NCBI GenBank assembly: GCA_930990125.1
Contig: CAKNOI010000005.1
Location: 1,738-65,737, forward strand
DNA from: an uncultured Clostridiaceae bacterium
Lineage (GTDB): Bacteria > Bacillota > Clostridia > TANB77 > CAG-508
Length of the DNA: 64,000 bases
Direction of reading: 5' to 3'
Positions within the stretch are counted from its first letter, which is position 1; the number at the start of each line of letters is the position of its first letter. Below are positions 19,156-29,783 of the stretch, piece by piece. The translations under genes were made by a program, and so were the position numbers. A model generated the notes under the pieces. It was not told where the DNA came from. It did not search any database and was given only the letters and a program-made list of their open reading frames with translations.

Positions 19156-20355
19156 ATGAAAGAAATATTTGCAGATTTACATGTACATATAGGAAGAAGC
19201 GAAAACGGAAAACCAATTAAAATTACAGCAGCAAGGTCTTTAAACTTTGCAAACATTGCAAAAGAATGTAGCAATAGAAAAGGAATTCAAGTAGTAGGAA
19301 TAGTAGATTGTGCCTCTCCTTATGTTATAGAGGACATCGAAAAATTTTTAGAAACAGGAGAAGCCTATGAAATACCAGATGGCGGAATTATTTACCAAGA
19401 TAAGGTATGTATTTTATTAGGTAGTGAAATTGAAACTTCAGAAAAAAGAGAAGATGGAAAAACAGGAACAGCACATAGTGTATGTTTCTTCCCAAGATTA
19501 GAAGATATAAAAAATTTTTCTAGAGAAATGTCGCATCATATTCGTAATATGACGCTTAGTACACAAAGAGCAGATATATCTGCATACACCTTACTAGACA
19601 TTGTGGAAAAATATCATGGCTTTTTAATGCCTGCCCATGTATTTACACCGCATAAAAGCTTTTATGGCAATTGTACGGATAGACTGGAAAAAATCTTTAA
19701 AGAAAAATATTCTCGTATTTTTGCTATAGAATTAGGACTAAGTTCCGATACTTTTTTAGCAGACGAAATTTCAGAATTAGAAAATAAAACTTTTGTTACC
19801 AATTCGGATGCTCATTCTCTTCCTAAAATAGCAAGAGAATACAATAAAATGCTGCTAGAAGATATTAGTTTTGAAGAAGTAAAAAAAGCATTAAAAGGCG
19901 AAGATGGCAGAAAGATTTTAGTAAATTATGGACTAGACCCTAAACTTGGTAAATATCATAGAACCTACTGCGAGGTATGTAATAAAAATATTGTGGGAGA
20001 ACCACCAGTAACTACTTGTGACACTTGTGATAGTAGAAATATTACAATGGGAGTGTATGACCGTATTGAGCAAATAAAAGATAAAAAAGAAACGCAGAGC
20101 CCAGAAAATAGACCACCTTATATTTACCAGATACCACTAAACTTTATTCCAGGTGTAGGTGGAAAAACAATAGAAAAACTATTAGACCATTTTACAACAG
20201 AGATGACCATTTTACATCGTGTTTCTAAAGATGATATAGAAGCAGTAGTAGGAGAAAAAACAGCAAACCTGGTAATACAAGCAAGAAGTGGCAAAATGCG
20301 TATACAAGCCGGTGGAGGCGGAGTATATGGAAAAGTTTGTGCAAAAGAAGCATAA
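19156..20355 (+). CDS. endonuclease Q family / TIGR00375-type PHP-domain protein
   Basis: N-terminal ADLHVHIGRS PHP-type metal site, and an internal Zn ribbon CEVCNKNIVGEPPVTTCDTCDS. About 400 aa. Confidence 0.7.
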   Translation: MKEIFADLHVHIGRSENGKPIKITAARSLNFANIAKECSNRKGIQVVGIVDCASPYVIEDIEKFLETGEAYEIPDGGIIYQDKVCILLGSEIETSEKREDGKTGTAHSVCFFPRLEDIKNFSREMSHHIRNMTLSTQRADISAYTLLDIVEKYHGFLMPAHVFTPHKSFYGNCTDRLEKIFKEKYSRIFAIELGLSSDTFLADEISELENKTFVTNSDAHSLPKIAREYNKMLLEDISFEEVKKALKGEDGRKILVNYGLDPKLGKYHRTYCEVCNKNIVGEPPVTTCDTCDSRNITMGVYDRIEQIKDKKETQSPENRPPYIYQIPLNFIPGVGGKTIEKLLDHFTTEMTILHRVSKDDIEAVVGEKTANLVIQARSGKMRIQAGGGGVYGKVCAKEA

Positions 20356-20433
20356 AAGAAAATAGAAAATATAGTTCTAAAACTTCTGTTATGGAATAGA
20401 CATTATGTAGAAACAAAAAACAGGAGGATATCC

Positions 20434-21078
20434 ATGAGAGAAGAACCCAAGACAAGAAAAAGATTAAAAAACATAATAGGAGACCATATTATACACCATT
20501 TAAGACGTTATACGATTGTTGTTTTATTACTTTTTATTGGCATTATTTTAGGCGTTATTTTTGTTAATAACCTAGCAGATGAGCAGAAAGTAGAAATAGA
20601 AAATTACTTAACTACCTTTATTACTTCTTTAAAAGAAGGAGGAAGCATTGATAAAATTGGCTTGCTTTTGGATTCTTTGAAAAACAATATTGGTATTGGT
20701 ATTTTACTATGGTTTCTAGGATGTACAGTAATTGGAATTCCTATTTTATATCTTGTTATTGCTTTTCGAGGTTTTTGCTTGGGGTATACAATTTCTACAG
20801 TTATTGCTATATTAGGAACAGGAAAAGGAAGCTTGCTAATTGCGTCTAGTATGTTACTACAAAATATTTTCTTTATCCCATGCATCTTAGCTTTAGGGGT
20901 AAGTGGAATGAAATTGTATGAATCCATCATGAAAGACAAAAGAAGAGAAAAGATAAAGCTGGAAATTGTGCGACATACCTTATTTTCTCTTATTATGATA
21001 ATGCTCTTGGCATTATCATCTGTAGTAGAAGTATATGGCTCTACAAATTTATTACAATTTTTGATAAAATATATATAA
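20434..21078 (+). CDS. spoIIM: stage II sporulation protein M
   Basis: 214 aa, 5-6 TM, with the characteristic N-terminus (IIHHLRRYTIVVLLLFIGIILGVIFVNNL). Conserved position upstream of xerD. Confidence 0.8.
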   Translation: MREEPKTRKRLKNIIGDHIIHHLRRYTIVVLLLFIGIILGVIFVNNLADEQKVEIENYLTTFITSLKEGGSIDKIGLLLDSLKNNIGIGILLWFLGCTVIGIPILYLVIAFRGFCLGYTISTVIAILGTGKGSLLIASSMLLQNIFFIPCILALGVSGMKLYESIMKDKRREKIKLEIVRHTLFSLIMIMLLALSSVVEVYGSTNLLQFLIKYI

Positions 21079-21214
21079 ATTTTTAAGAAAAACTCTTTAC
21101 AATTTACGGCGAATTTGATATAACATAGTTGTTAATTTATGTTAAGTATTAAAAGAAATTGGTTTTGCATTACCATCCAAAAATGCAAAATTTCTAGGAA
21201 TAAGGGGAGCAAAA

Positions 21215-22096
21215 ATGGAAAAACAAATTAAACTTTTTTTAGAATTTATTCAAAATGAGAAAAAACTATCTGATAACACATTACAATCCTACCGAAGAGA
21301 TATTTTACAATACGAAGATTATGTAGAAAAAAATAGATTAAATTATGCCAAAGTAAAAGAAGACGATATTAGAAAATATCTAGAATACCTTCATGGTATT
21401 GGCAAAAAAACATCTACTATTTCTAGAAGTTTAGCTTCTATTCGCTCTTTTTACCAATTTTTATTAAGAGTAAGAAAAATTAAAAAAGACCCAACCGAAA
21501 AAATTGAATCACCAAAAATAGAAAAAAAGGCACCAAGCGTATTAACCGCTAAAGAAGTAGAATTATTGCTAGAACAACCAAAAGATATAGATTTAAAAGG
21601 AACACGTGACAAAGCAATGCTAGAATTTGCTTATGCAACAGGAATGCGTGTAACAGAAATTATTTCTCTTAACATAGATGATGTTAATTTAGAAGAAGGA
21701 TATGTTGTTTGCAAAAACGGGAACAAACAACGTAATATTCCATTAGGAACCATTTCGTTAAATGCTTTAAAAGAATATATTACAGACGCAAGAAAAGTAA
21801 TGATAAAAAATGAAAAAGAACAGTCTTTATTTGTCAATGTTAATGGCGGAAGATTAACAAGACAAGGATTTTGGAAAATAGTAAAGTACTACAAAGAACA
21901 AGCACACATTGAAAAAGATATTACTCCACATGTATTAAGACATTCTTTTGCCACTCATTTATTACAAAATGGAGCAGATTTAAAATCCATTCAAACCATG
22001 CTGGGACATTCTGATATATCTTCTACACAAGTATATATGCAATTCCAAGATGAAGGATTAAAAAATACATATCGTAAAGCACATCCTAGAGCGTAG
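21215..22096 (+). CDS. xerD: site-specific tyrosine recombinase XerD
   Basis: LSDNTLQSYRRDI N-terminal SAM-like domain. Catalytic R..HxxR..Y: ATGMRVTE, LRHSFATHLLQNGADLKSIQTMLGHSDISSTQVY. Confidence 0.9.
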   Translation: MEKQIKLFLEFIQNEKKLSDNTLQSYRRDILQYEDYVEKNRLNYAKVKEDDIRKYLEYLHGIGKKTSTISRSLASIRSFYQFLLRVRKIKKDPTEKIESPKIEKKAPSVLTAKEVELLLEQPKDIDLKGTRDKAMLEFAYATGMRVTEIISLNIDDVNLEEGYVVCKNGNKQRNIPLGTISLNALKEYITDARKVMIKNEKEQSLFVNVNGGRLTRQGFWKIVKYYKEQAHIEKDITPHVLRHSFATHLLQNGADLKSIQTMLGHSDISSTQVYMQFQDEGLKNTYRKAHPRA

Positions 22097-22229
22097 ATTT
22101 TGGAGAAAATCTTTAAAAAGATAGCCTACCACAAAGTAGACTGTCTTTTTTTTAGGATATAGCAAATTTTGGTAGATATTTTTTATTTAATATGATATAA
22201 TCCAAAAAAAGAGAATGGAAAGGATAAAA

Positions 22230-23207
22230 ATGAAAAAAGTAAGCGTTGTAATTCCGGTATATAATAAAGAAAAATATCTAAGAAGATGCTTAGACTCTTT
22301 GCTAAAGCAAACACTACAAGAAATAGAAGTGCTTGTAATAAATGACGGTTCAACAGATGGTAGCGAAGATATTATAAAAGAATATGTACAAAAATATCCA
22401 GAAAAAATATATGGCTTTAGCAAACCCAATGGTGGCCTTTCCGATACAAGGAACTTTGGAATCGCAAAAGCACACGGAGAATATATAGCCTTTATTGATA
22501 GCGATGATTTTGTACTAGAAACGATGTTAGAAGAAATGTATCAAAAAGCAAAAGAAAAAGATTTTGATGTAGTAGCTTGTAATGTCATGTTAGTTTACCC
22601 AGACAAAAAGCTAGAAGTAGAAACAGGAGTAACAGAAGGTATTTCCCTTACTTTAGAAGAAAAGAAAAGGATTTTATTAGAATCTTATCCTATTGTATGT
22701 AACAAGCTATACCGTACACAAATGTTACAAGACAAAGTGTTTTTCAAAAAAAATATCTGGTTTGAAGATGTTGTCTTCATGTTTGACGTAGTACCAAATC
22801 TTTCTAGCATAGGAGTAGTAGAAAAACCGTTTTATCAATATATTCAAAATACAGATTCTATTACCCATACCTATAATGAAAAATTATATGATTTTATCTA
22901 CAATATGGATGGCATTATTGAACAATATAAAGCACGAGGAATTTATGAAGAATATAGAGATGTCATTGAGTATGCTTATGTACGATACAGTTATGCAACA
23001 TTTATTAAACGATTGGCAAAGGGAAAATGCAAAAAGGAGTTTTGGAAAGGAGTAAAATTTGCTCGTAAAAAAGTACAGCAAAAATTTCCAAATTATAGGC
23101 AAAATAAATATATGTTAGAAAAGACAAATAAGAATTGGTATTTAAGACATTTTAACCCATGTGTTGCGAATATTATTTATTATGTAGAAAGAAATAAGAT
23201 GAATTAA
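22230..23207 (+). CDS. glycosyltransferase family 2
   Basis: VSVVIPVYNKEKYLRRCLDSLLKQT ... NDGSTDGS ... FIDSDD (DxD). Start is taken at MKKVSV behind a GGAAAGGA SD. Confidence 0.85.
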   Translation: MKKVSVVIPVYNKEKYLRRCLDSLLKQTLQEIEVLVINDGSTDGSEDIIKEYVQKYPEKIYGFSKPNGGLSDTRNFGIAKAHGEYIAFIDSDDFVLETMLEEMYQKAKEKDFDVVACNVMLVYPDKKLEVETGVTEGISLTLEEKKRILLESYPIVCNKLYRTQMLQDKVFFKKNIWFEDVVFMFDVVPNLSSIGVVEKPFYQYIQNTDSITHTYNEKLYDFIYNMDGIIEQYKARGIYEEYRDVIEYAYVRYSYATFIKRLAKGKCKKEFWKGVKFARKKVQQKFPNYRQNKYMLEKTNKNWYLRHFNPCVANIIYYVERNKMN

Positions 23208-23270
23208 ATTTCCATAAATTGAAATTGACAAAACTTGTAGAAAAAGCTAGAATAAAATAGGTGATAACAA

Positions 23271-24488
23271 ATGAAACAGAAATATATTAAAGTTTTTATA
23301 TTACTTTGGATGGTAGCTATTTTGTTATTGTTTTTGTATTCTAATAAACTGACAAAAGAAGTTAGCTATGCGGTAGAAAATCAAGAGACACAAAAAAGAA
23401 ATACCTATACAGAGCCAAATGCTATTTTTCCAGATGTAGAAACAATAATAGAGCAAAATACAAAAGAAGCAACAGCTAGAAGACAAGAAATTGTAAAAGA
23501 AGAAATGGACTTAGAATATATTACAAAGTATCAGACAAATCCAGACTTACCAAAGGATACCATACGTGTTATTCAAGAGGGAAATGTAGGAAGTATGCAA
23601 AAAATTATTCAAAAAGAATATATAGAAGATGAATTGGTAAAGGAAGAACAAATAGGGACTGTTGTTCTAAAACCTGCTATTCCGAAAATGGTAGAAATAG
23701 GAACTGGTAGCCGTAAAAAAGCACAATCCATTAAGGTGGGAGATACCGTATATGTTACTTCGGAGTTATTAAGCATTAGAGAAAAGCCAGAAGAAACAGC
23801 GGAAAAAATTATTACACTTTCTAAAAATGATGCCGTAACTGTAATAGAATTAGGAGATACTTTTTATCAAGTAGCTTATCAAAATTTTGTAGGATATGCT
23901 CAAAAAGATTGTTTTACCTTAGAAAAAGAAATGGACCAAGAACAAGAAGAATATAGTTGGCAAGGAAGTAAAACAGCACAAGAATTACTACAAAATTTAA
24001 GCAAGGATATGCCACTAAATCAGCCAAGTGGACTATCCATAGAGCAGTTTCAAGAAATATTAACAGATAGTAGAGATACCAATAACGTATTTGCAGAAAA
24101 TGCAGAGTATTTTTATTATATAGAACAAGAATATCATATAAATGGAGTATTTGTAGCAGCAGTGGCTATTCATGAAAGTGGATGGGGAACCTCAGCACTT
24201 TCTCAGAGAACAAAAAATCTTTTTGGGTATGGTGCTTATGACAGAAACCCAGGAGAAAATGCCTATACTTTTGATACATATGCAGAAAGTATTGATTTAC
24301 TAGCAAGAGTATTTTCTAAATATTATATCAATCCAAAAGGAACTTCTATTTATGGAGGAGAAACAGCAGTGGCAAGCCATTACTATGGCTCTACAGTAGA
24401 GGCAGTAAATACAGATTATGCAAGTGATAAAGGATGGGCAAATAAGGTATATCAAATTATGAGCAATTTATATCATAAACTTTCGTAA
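23271..24488 (+). CDS. cell-wall hydrolase: TM anchor + G5 domain + SH3b-like domain + mannosyl-glycoprotein endo-beta-N-acetylglucosaminidase domain
   Basis: G5-like segment (DTIRVIQEGNVGSMQKIIQKEY...VEIGTG) and a C-terminal glucosaminidase segment (FVAAVAIHESGWGTSALS...NLFGYGAYD). Confidence 0.8.
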   Translation: MKQKYIKVFILLWMVAILLLFLYSNKLTKEVSYAVENQETQKRNTYTEPNAIFPDVETIIEQNTKEATARRQEIVKEEMDLEYITKYQTNPDLPKDTIRVIQEGNVGSMQKIIQKEYIEDELVKEEQIGTVVLKPAIPKMVEIGTGSRKKAQSIKVGDTVYVTSELLSIREKPEETAEKIITLSKNDAVTVIELGDTFYQVAYQNFVGYAQKDCFTLEKEMDQEQEEYSWQGSKTAQELLQNLSKDMPLNQPSGLSIEQFQEILTDSRDTNNVFAENAEYFYYIEQEYHINGVFVAAVAIHESGWGTSALSQRTKNLFGYGAYDRNPGENAYTFDTYAESIDLLARVFSKYYINPKGTSIYGGETAVASHYYGSTVEAVNTDYASDKGWANKVYQIMSNLYHKLS

Positions 24489-24503
24489 ATATAGGAGAAG
24501 AAA

Positions 24504-25355
24504 ATGTTGTTTGAAAATAAAAAAACAAGAGTTTTGGCTTTCGTAGGGCCCTCTGGAACAGGAAAAAGTTACCGTGCACAAATGGTGGCAAATGAAAATA
24601 ATATTAATTATATTATTGATGACGGATTGTTAATAAAAGGCAATGAAGTAATTGCAGGGGTATCTGCTAAAAAAGCACCTACCAAAATTGAAACAGTAAA
24701 ACAAGCATTGTTTTTGCAACCAGAAAAAAGAGAAGCTGTAAAAAAAGCAATACGAAAAAATAAACCAGAAGCTATTTTAATTTTAGGAACATCCGACAAA
24801 ATGGTAAAAGAAATTGCTTCTAACTTAGGATTGCCAGAAATTGAAAGGATTATATATATTAACGAAGTAGCAACAGAAGCAGAAATGGAAACGGCAAGAA
24901 GAATACGTGTAACACAAGGAAAACATGTAATACCGGTTCCTACTTTTGAAATCAAAAAGGACTTTTCAGGCTATATTTTAGATCCACTACAAATATTTCG
25001 TTTTAGAAGTGGTAGCAAACCATATATTTCAGAAAAATCTATTATTCGACCTACTTTTAGCTATTTAGGTAATTTTACCATTTCTGATACGGTATTTAGA
25101 CAAATGATAGAATATGTAGCACAAAAGCTACCGGCTATTTATCGTGTACTAAAAGTACGTATTGAAAATTATGGCGAAGGACCATATATCTACATGGAAG
25201 TATCAGTGGTGTTTGGAAATAATGTAGTAACGGTATTAAAAGAATTTCGCAATCGATGTGTAAAAGAAATAGAAAATGCAACAACCATGAATGTACAAAA
25301 AATAGAAGTAGTAGCAAAAGAAATATATGTACCCAAAAAAGAAGAAAAGAAATAG
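24504..25355 (+). CDS. P-loop NTPase fused to an Asp23/Gls24-like C-terminal domain, function unknown
   Basis: Walker A FVGPSGTGKSY at the N-terminus. The C-terminal ~110 aa (FTISDTVFRQMIEYVAQKLPAIYRV...VVFGNNVVTVLKEFRNRCVKEIENATTMNVQKIEVVAKEI) resembles Asp23-family proteins. Confidence 0.6.
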   Translation: MLFENKKTRVLAFVGPSGTGKSYRAQMVANENNINYIIDDGLLIKGNEVIAGVSAKKAPTKIETVKQALFLQPEKREAVKKAIRKNKPEAILILGTSDKMVKEIASNLGLPEIERIIYINEVATEAEMETARRIRVTQGKHVIPVPTFEIKKDFSGYILDPLQIFRFRSGSKPYISEKSIIRPTFSYLGNFTISDTVFRQMIEYVAQKLPAIYRVLKVRIENYGEGPYIYMEVSVVFGNNVVTVLKEFRNRCVKEIENATTMNVQKIEVVAKEIYVPKKEEKK

Positions 25356-25369
25356 AGGAGGTAGGTCGA

Positions 25370-26050
25370 ATGTCTTTTATTGTAGCAATTGATGGACCAG
25401 CAGGTACAGGGAAAGGGACTATTACTAAATTATTAGCAGAAAAATTAAATCTAATTACAGTAGATACGGGAGCAACCTATCGTTGTGTTACCCTTGCAAT
25501 GCTTAAACAACATATTTCACTGGAAGAGGCAGACAAGATAACAAAACTATTAGAAAATATACAGATAGAGTTTAAAAAAATAGATGGTAAAGACAGGGTG
25601 TTTTTAAATGGAAAAGATGTTACTATGGAAATTCGCAGTAAAGAAGTAACCGATTTTGTATCACAAGTATCTAGCTTAATCTGTGTAAGATTAAAAATGG
25701 TAGAACTACAACGTAAGATGGCACAAGGGAAAGATGTTATTATGGAAGGTAGAGATATTGGAACCTACGTGTTTCCTAATGCAAATGTTAAATTCTATAT
25801 TGATGCCGATGTAGAAGAAAGAGCTAAAAGAAGAGTGGAACAAAACAAGCAAAAAGGAATCCAAACATCTTATGAAGAGGTACTAGCAAATTTAAAATTT
25901 AGAGACCAAAATGATAAGCAAAAAGAAATGGGAGCTCTTAAAGTAGCAGAAGATGCTATTGTAATTGATACTACGCATATGTCCATAGAGGAAGAAATGC
26001 AAATGATGTTACCAATCATACAAAAAAGAAGGAGTGAAAATTGTGAATAA
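25370..26050 (+). CDS. cmk: cytidylate kinase
   Basis: IAIDGPAGTGKGTITKLLA, GRDIGT. Start is at MSFIV behind a GAGGAGG SD. The ORF-track N-terminal extension overlaps the upstream gene. Confidence 0.92.
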   Translation: MSFIVAIDGPAGTGKGTITKLLAEKLNLITVDTGATYRCVTLAMLKQHISLEEADKITKLLENIQIEFKKIDGKDRVFLNGKDVTMEIRSKEVTDFVSQVSSLICVRLKMVELQRKMAQGKDVIMEGRDIGTYVFPNANVKFYIDADVEERAKRRVEQNKQKGIQTSYEEVLANLKFRDQNDKQKEMGALKVAEDAIVIDTTHMSIEEEMQMMLPIIQKRRSENCE

Positions 26051-26723
26051 AGAGAAACAGGAAGAAGCAGTTCTTACTAAGGAAGAAAAAAGAAGACAAA
26101 AAATTTATTCTATCCGAAAAGAAACCAAATGGAAGGCGTTTGTTCGCTGTATTATTAAGAATTTAATTAAAGGATTTTATCATATTGTTTTTCGTATACA
26201 AGTAACAGGAGAACCTGTTCCGGAAAAAGGAGCTTATATTATTTGCGCAAACCATATTAACTATTGTGATGCAGTAGCGGTAGTTATTATGAATAAAAGA
26301 AGAGTATATTTTATTGCAAAAGAAGATTTGTTTCATCATCGTTTTTTAAATTGGATTGCCCATGTATTTGATGTAATCCCAGTAAAAAGAGGAAAACAAG
26401 ACATAGAATCGATGAAACGTTCTTTGGCTGTTTTAAAAAATGGTGAAATATTAGGACTTTTCCCAGAAGGGACAAGAAAAGGAATCCAAAAAAACGGTAA
26501 AATAAAAAATGGTGCAGCTTTTATGGCAGTAAGAACAGGAGTACCCGTAATTCCACTTGGTATACAAGGAACTTTTAAACCATTTCATAAAACTACATTG
26601 AACTATGGAAAACCATTAGATTTTAGTAAATGTCAAAGTAAAACGCCAGATAAAGAAGTATTAGAAGAAGTATCCAATACCATCATGAATCATATTATTA
26701 TGTTGACAAATGAAAAAAAGTAA
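26034..26723 (+). CDS. plsC: 1-acyl-sn-glycerol-3-phosphate acyltransferase
   Basis: HxxxxD box (ANHINYCD) and FPEGTR box. GTG start behind AAGGAG. Confidence 0.85.
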   Translation: MKIVNKEKQEEAVLTKEEKRRQKIYSIRKETKWKAFVRCIIKNLIKGFYHIVFRIQVTGEPVPEKGAYIICANHINYCDAVAVVIMNKRRVYFIAKEDLFHHRFLNWIAHVFDVIPVKRGKQDIESMKRSLAVLKNGEILGLFPEGTRKGIQKNGKIKNGAAFMAVRTGVPVIPLGIQGTFKPFHKTTLNYGKPLDFSKCQSKTPDKEVLEEVSNTIMNHIIMLTNEKK

Positions 26724-26792
26724 GATATAATTAAAGGCGTTTTAAGAAAAACGTCTTTTTTTAAAGATGTTAGAAAAGAAAAGGTGAAAAGA

Positions 26793-27872
26793 ATGGAAAA
26801 TAAAGAACAAGAAATGAGTTTTGAAGAGTTATTTGCAAACTCCATTAAAGAAGATAAAAAATTAGGAAAAACAGTAACAGGTACTGTAATTGAAATCAAT
26901 CGCAAAGGCGAAATTATTGTAGACTTAAACTATAAAGCAGATGGAATTGTCCCAAAAGAAGAACAAGTAGAAGGAAAAGAATTTAAAGTGGGAGATACCA
27001 TTTGTTGTGATGTTGTAAAAATGAATGATGGTTTTGGTAGTGTATTATTATCTTACCGTAGATTTATGCAACGAAATGCTAAAAAAGAATTAGAACAAAA
27101 AATAGAACAAAATGAAATAATAGAAGCAAAAGTAACAGAAGTAACAGATAAAGGATTTGTAACTATGTGGGAAGGAATTCGTATATTTATCCCACTTTCT
27201 CTTACTGGATTAAATAGAGGAGAAGATGCAAAACAGTATTTAGGAAAAGTAGTACGTTTTCGCATTATTGAACACGACTGGAAAACAAGAAGAGTAATAG
27301 GTTCTATGAAATCCGTTTTAGAAGAAGAAAAAGAAAAACAAGAAAAAGAATTTTGGGATACTGTAGAAATAGGAAAAGAATATAAAGGAATTGTAAACAG
27401 CATGAGTAGTTATGGAGCATTTGTAGAAATAGGACCAGTAAAAGGTTTATTACATATTTCAGAAATGGCATGGGGAAGGAATGAAAAACCAGAAGATATT
27501 TTAAGCCAAGGACAAGAAATAAAAGTACGTATTAAAGCATTAGACAAAGACAACAAACGTCTTATGCTTACCTTTGAAGGAAAAGGGCCAGACCCATGGG
27601 GGACCATAGAAGAAAAGTACCATGTAGGAGATATTGTAAGAGCTAAAATTGTAAAATTAATGCCATTTGGAGCATTTGCAGAAATAGAAAAGGGAATAGA
27701 AGGCTTAATTCATATTTCTCAAATTACAGAAAAAAGAATTTCAAAACCAGAAGAAGTATTACAAGAGGGAAATATGGTAAATGTAAAAATTATAGAATTA
27801 GACAAAGAAAATAAAAAGTTAGAACTTTCTATGAAGGAATTAGAAGGCACATCTAACGAGTATAAAGAATAA
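26793..27872 (+). CDS. rpsA: 30S ribosomal protein S1-like protein (four S1 domains)
   Basis: Repeated S1 OB-fold units (G.V..i...G..V.l, GLIHISQI). The cmk-plsC-S1 order is typical of Firmicutes. Confidence 0.8.
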   Translation: MENKEQEMSFEELFANSIKEDKKLGKTVTGTVIEINRKGEIIVDLNYKADGIVPKEEQVEGKEFKVGDTICCDVVKMNDGFGSVLLSYRRFMQRNAKKELEQKIEQNEIIEAKVTEVTDKGFVTMWEGIRIFIPLSLTGLNRGEDAKQYLGKVVRFRIIEHDWKTRRVIGSMKSVLEEEKEKQEKEFWDTVEIGKEYKGIVNSMSSYGAFVEIGPVKGLLHISEMAWGRNEKPEDILSQGQEIKVRIKALDKDNKRLMLTFEGKGPDPWGTIEEKYHVGDIVRAKIVKLMPFGAFAEIEKGIEGLIHISQITEKRISKPEEVLQEGNMVNVKIIELDKENKKLELSMKELEGTSNEYKE

Positions 27873-27897
27873 AACAATAGGAATAGAAATAGGGGTA

Positions 27898-29727
27898 ATG
27901 AAAATGAATAACAAAAACATTAGAAATGTAGCAATTATTGCACACGTAGACCATGGAAAAACAACATTAGTAGATGCGATGTTAAAACAAAGTCACGTGT
28001 TCAGAGAAAACGAACAAGTACAAGAAAGAGTAATGGATTCCAATGACTTGGAAAAAGAAAGAGGAATTACCATTCTTTCTAAAAATACATCTGTTATGTA
28101 TAATGGGGTTAAAATTAATATTGTAGATACACCAGGACATGCTGACTTTGGAGGAGAAGTAGAAAGAGTATTAAAAATGGTAGATGGAGTAGTACTTTTG
28201 GCGGATGCTTTTGAGGGTGTTATGCCACAAACCAGAGAAGTACTAAAAAAATCTCTAGCATTAAACTTAAAACCAATTGTAGTTATTAATAAAATAGATA
28301 GACCAGGTGCAACACCACTAAAAGTAGTAGATGAGATATTAGATTTATTTATCGATCTAAACGCTACAGATGAACAATTAGAATTTCCTGTTGTATATGC
28401 TTCTGGAAAAAATGGATATGCCAAAATGAGTCTAGAAGAAGAATCTACTGACTTAACTTGTTTATTTGATACTATTATTAATAGTATTAATCCACCAGAA
28501 TGTGAATTAGAAGGACCAGCACAAATGCTTGTTTCTAATATTGACTACGATGACTACTTAGGTAGAATTGGTGTAGGAAGAATTGAAAGAGGAACCATAA
28601 AAGCGGGAATGACTGTTGCTATTTGTAAGAAAGAAGATAAAGTGATTACGGGGAAAATAGCAAAACTATACACCTATGAAGGACTAAAAAAAGTAGAAAA
28701 AGAAGAAGTAGGAGCAGGAGATATTATTTCTTTTGCGGGAATTAGTGATTTAAATATAGGAGATACTATTTGTGATCCAGAACATATAGAAAAAATACCA
28801 TTTGTAGATATAGATGAACCTACCGTTTCTATGACATTTAGTGTAAATGATGGACCTTTTGCAGGAAAAGAAGGACAATTTGTAACTTCTAGACACTTAA
28901 GAGACCGTTTATTTAAAGAATTAGAAAGAAATGTAAGCTTACGAGTAAAAGAAACAGACAGAGCAGAAAGCTTTGAGGTATCTGGACGTGGAGAATTACA
29001 TTTATCTGTATTAATAGAAACCATGAGAAGAGAAGGATTTGAACTTTTAGTTTCTAGACCAAAAGTTATTTTTAAAGAAATAGATGGTGTAAAATGTGAG
29101 CCAATGGAAAAATTAGTAGTAAATGTACCGGAAGATTGCATTGGAAATGTTATTGAAAAACTAGGTAGAAGAAAAGGCGAAATGGTAAATATGGAACCAG
29201 CAGAAGCCGGTCATACCAAAGTAGAATTCAAAATTCCAGCAAGAGGATTAATTGGTTACCGTACCGAATTTATGACAGACACCAAAGGAAATGGAACCAT
29301 GAACAGTGTTTTTGATGGATACGAGCCATATAAAGGAGAAATTCAATCAAGAACAAGAGGAACCATTGTAGCATTTGAACAAGGAACATCCATAACCTAT
29401 GGATTATACAATGCACAAGAAAGAGGAGAACTATTCATTGGACCTGGAGTAGAAGTATATGAAGGAATGATAGTAGGACTAAATTCTAGAAACGAAGATA
29501 TTTCTATAAATGTTTGTAAAGAAAAACATTTAACTAACACAAGAGCATCTGGTTCAGATGATGCACTTCGTTTAGTACCACCAATCGAATTCTCACTAGA
29601 AAAAGCAATTGAATTTATTGCAGACGATGAACTAGTAGAAGTTACCCCAAAGAATATTCGTTTAAGAAAGAAAATATTAGATACCAAAACAAGAGAAAGA
29701 ATGGCAAACAGAGCAAAGAAAAATTAA
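27898..29727 (+). CDS. typA: translational GTPase TypA/BipA
   Basis: AIIAHVDHGKTTLVD, DTPGHADFGGEVER, NKIDR. 609 aa. Confidence 0.95.
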   Translation: MKMNNKNIRNVAIIAHVDHGKTTLVDAMLKQSHVFRENEQVQERVMDSNDLEKERGITILSKNTSVMYNGVKINIVDTPGHADFGGEVERVLKMVDGVVLLADAFEGVMPQTREVLKKSLALNLKPIVVINKIDRPGATPLKVVDEILDLFIDLNATDEQLEFPVVYASGKNGYAKMSLEEESTDLTCLFDTIINSINPPECELEGPAQMLVSNIDYDDYLGRIGVGRIERGTIKAGMTVAICKKEDKVITGKIAKLYTYEGLKKVEKEEVGAGDIISFAGISDLNIGDTICDPEHIEKIPFVDIDEPTVSMTFSVNDGPFAGKEGQFVTSRHLRDRLFKELERNVSLRVKETDRAESFEVSGRGELHLSVLIETMRREGFELLVSRPKVIFKEIDGVKCEPMEKLVVNVPEDCIGNVIEKLGRRKGEMVNMEPAEAGHTKVEFKIPARGLIGYRTEFMTDTKGNGTMNSVFDGYEPYKGEIQSRTRGTIVAFEQGTSITYGLYNAQERGELFIGPGVEVYEGMIVGLNSRNEDISINVCKEKHLTNTRASGSDDALRLVPPIEFSLEKAIEFIADDELVEVTPKNIRLRKKILDTKTRERMANRAKKN

Positions 29728-29783
29728 AAGAAAAGGACTCTTAAACTAAGAGTCCTTAAAATTATAGAATAAAAAAGTCTATT

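Noticed and set aside
21215-22096. Tyrosine recombinase as a possible integrase marking a mobile element next to the glycosyltransferase genes.
   Set aside because: Its size, N-terminal domain and spoIIM-xerD context fit the chromosomal dimer-resolution recombinase XerD. No att-like repeats, phage genes or transposase genes flank it.
25256-25369. N-terminal 38-aa extension of the cmk ORF in the ORF track.
   Set aside because: It overlaps the upstream P-loop/Asp23 gene by 100 nt. A GAGGAGG SD sits just before the internal ATG at 25370, where the canonical Cmk N-terminus begins.
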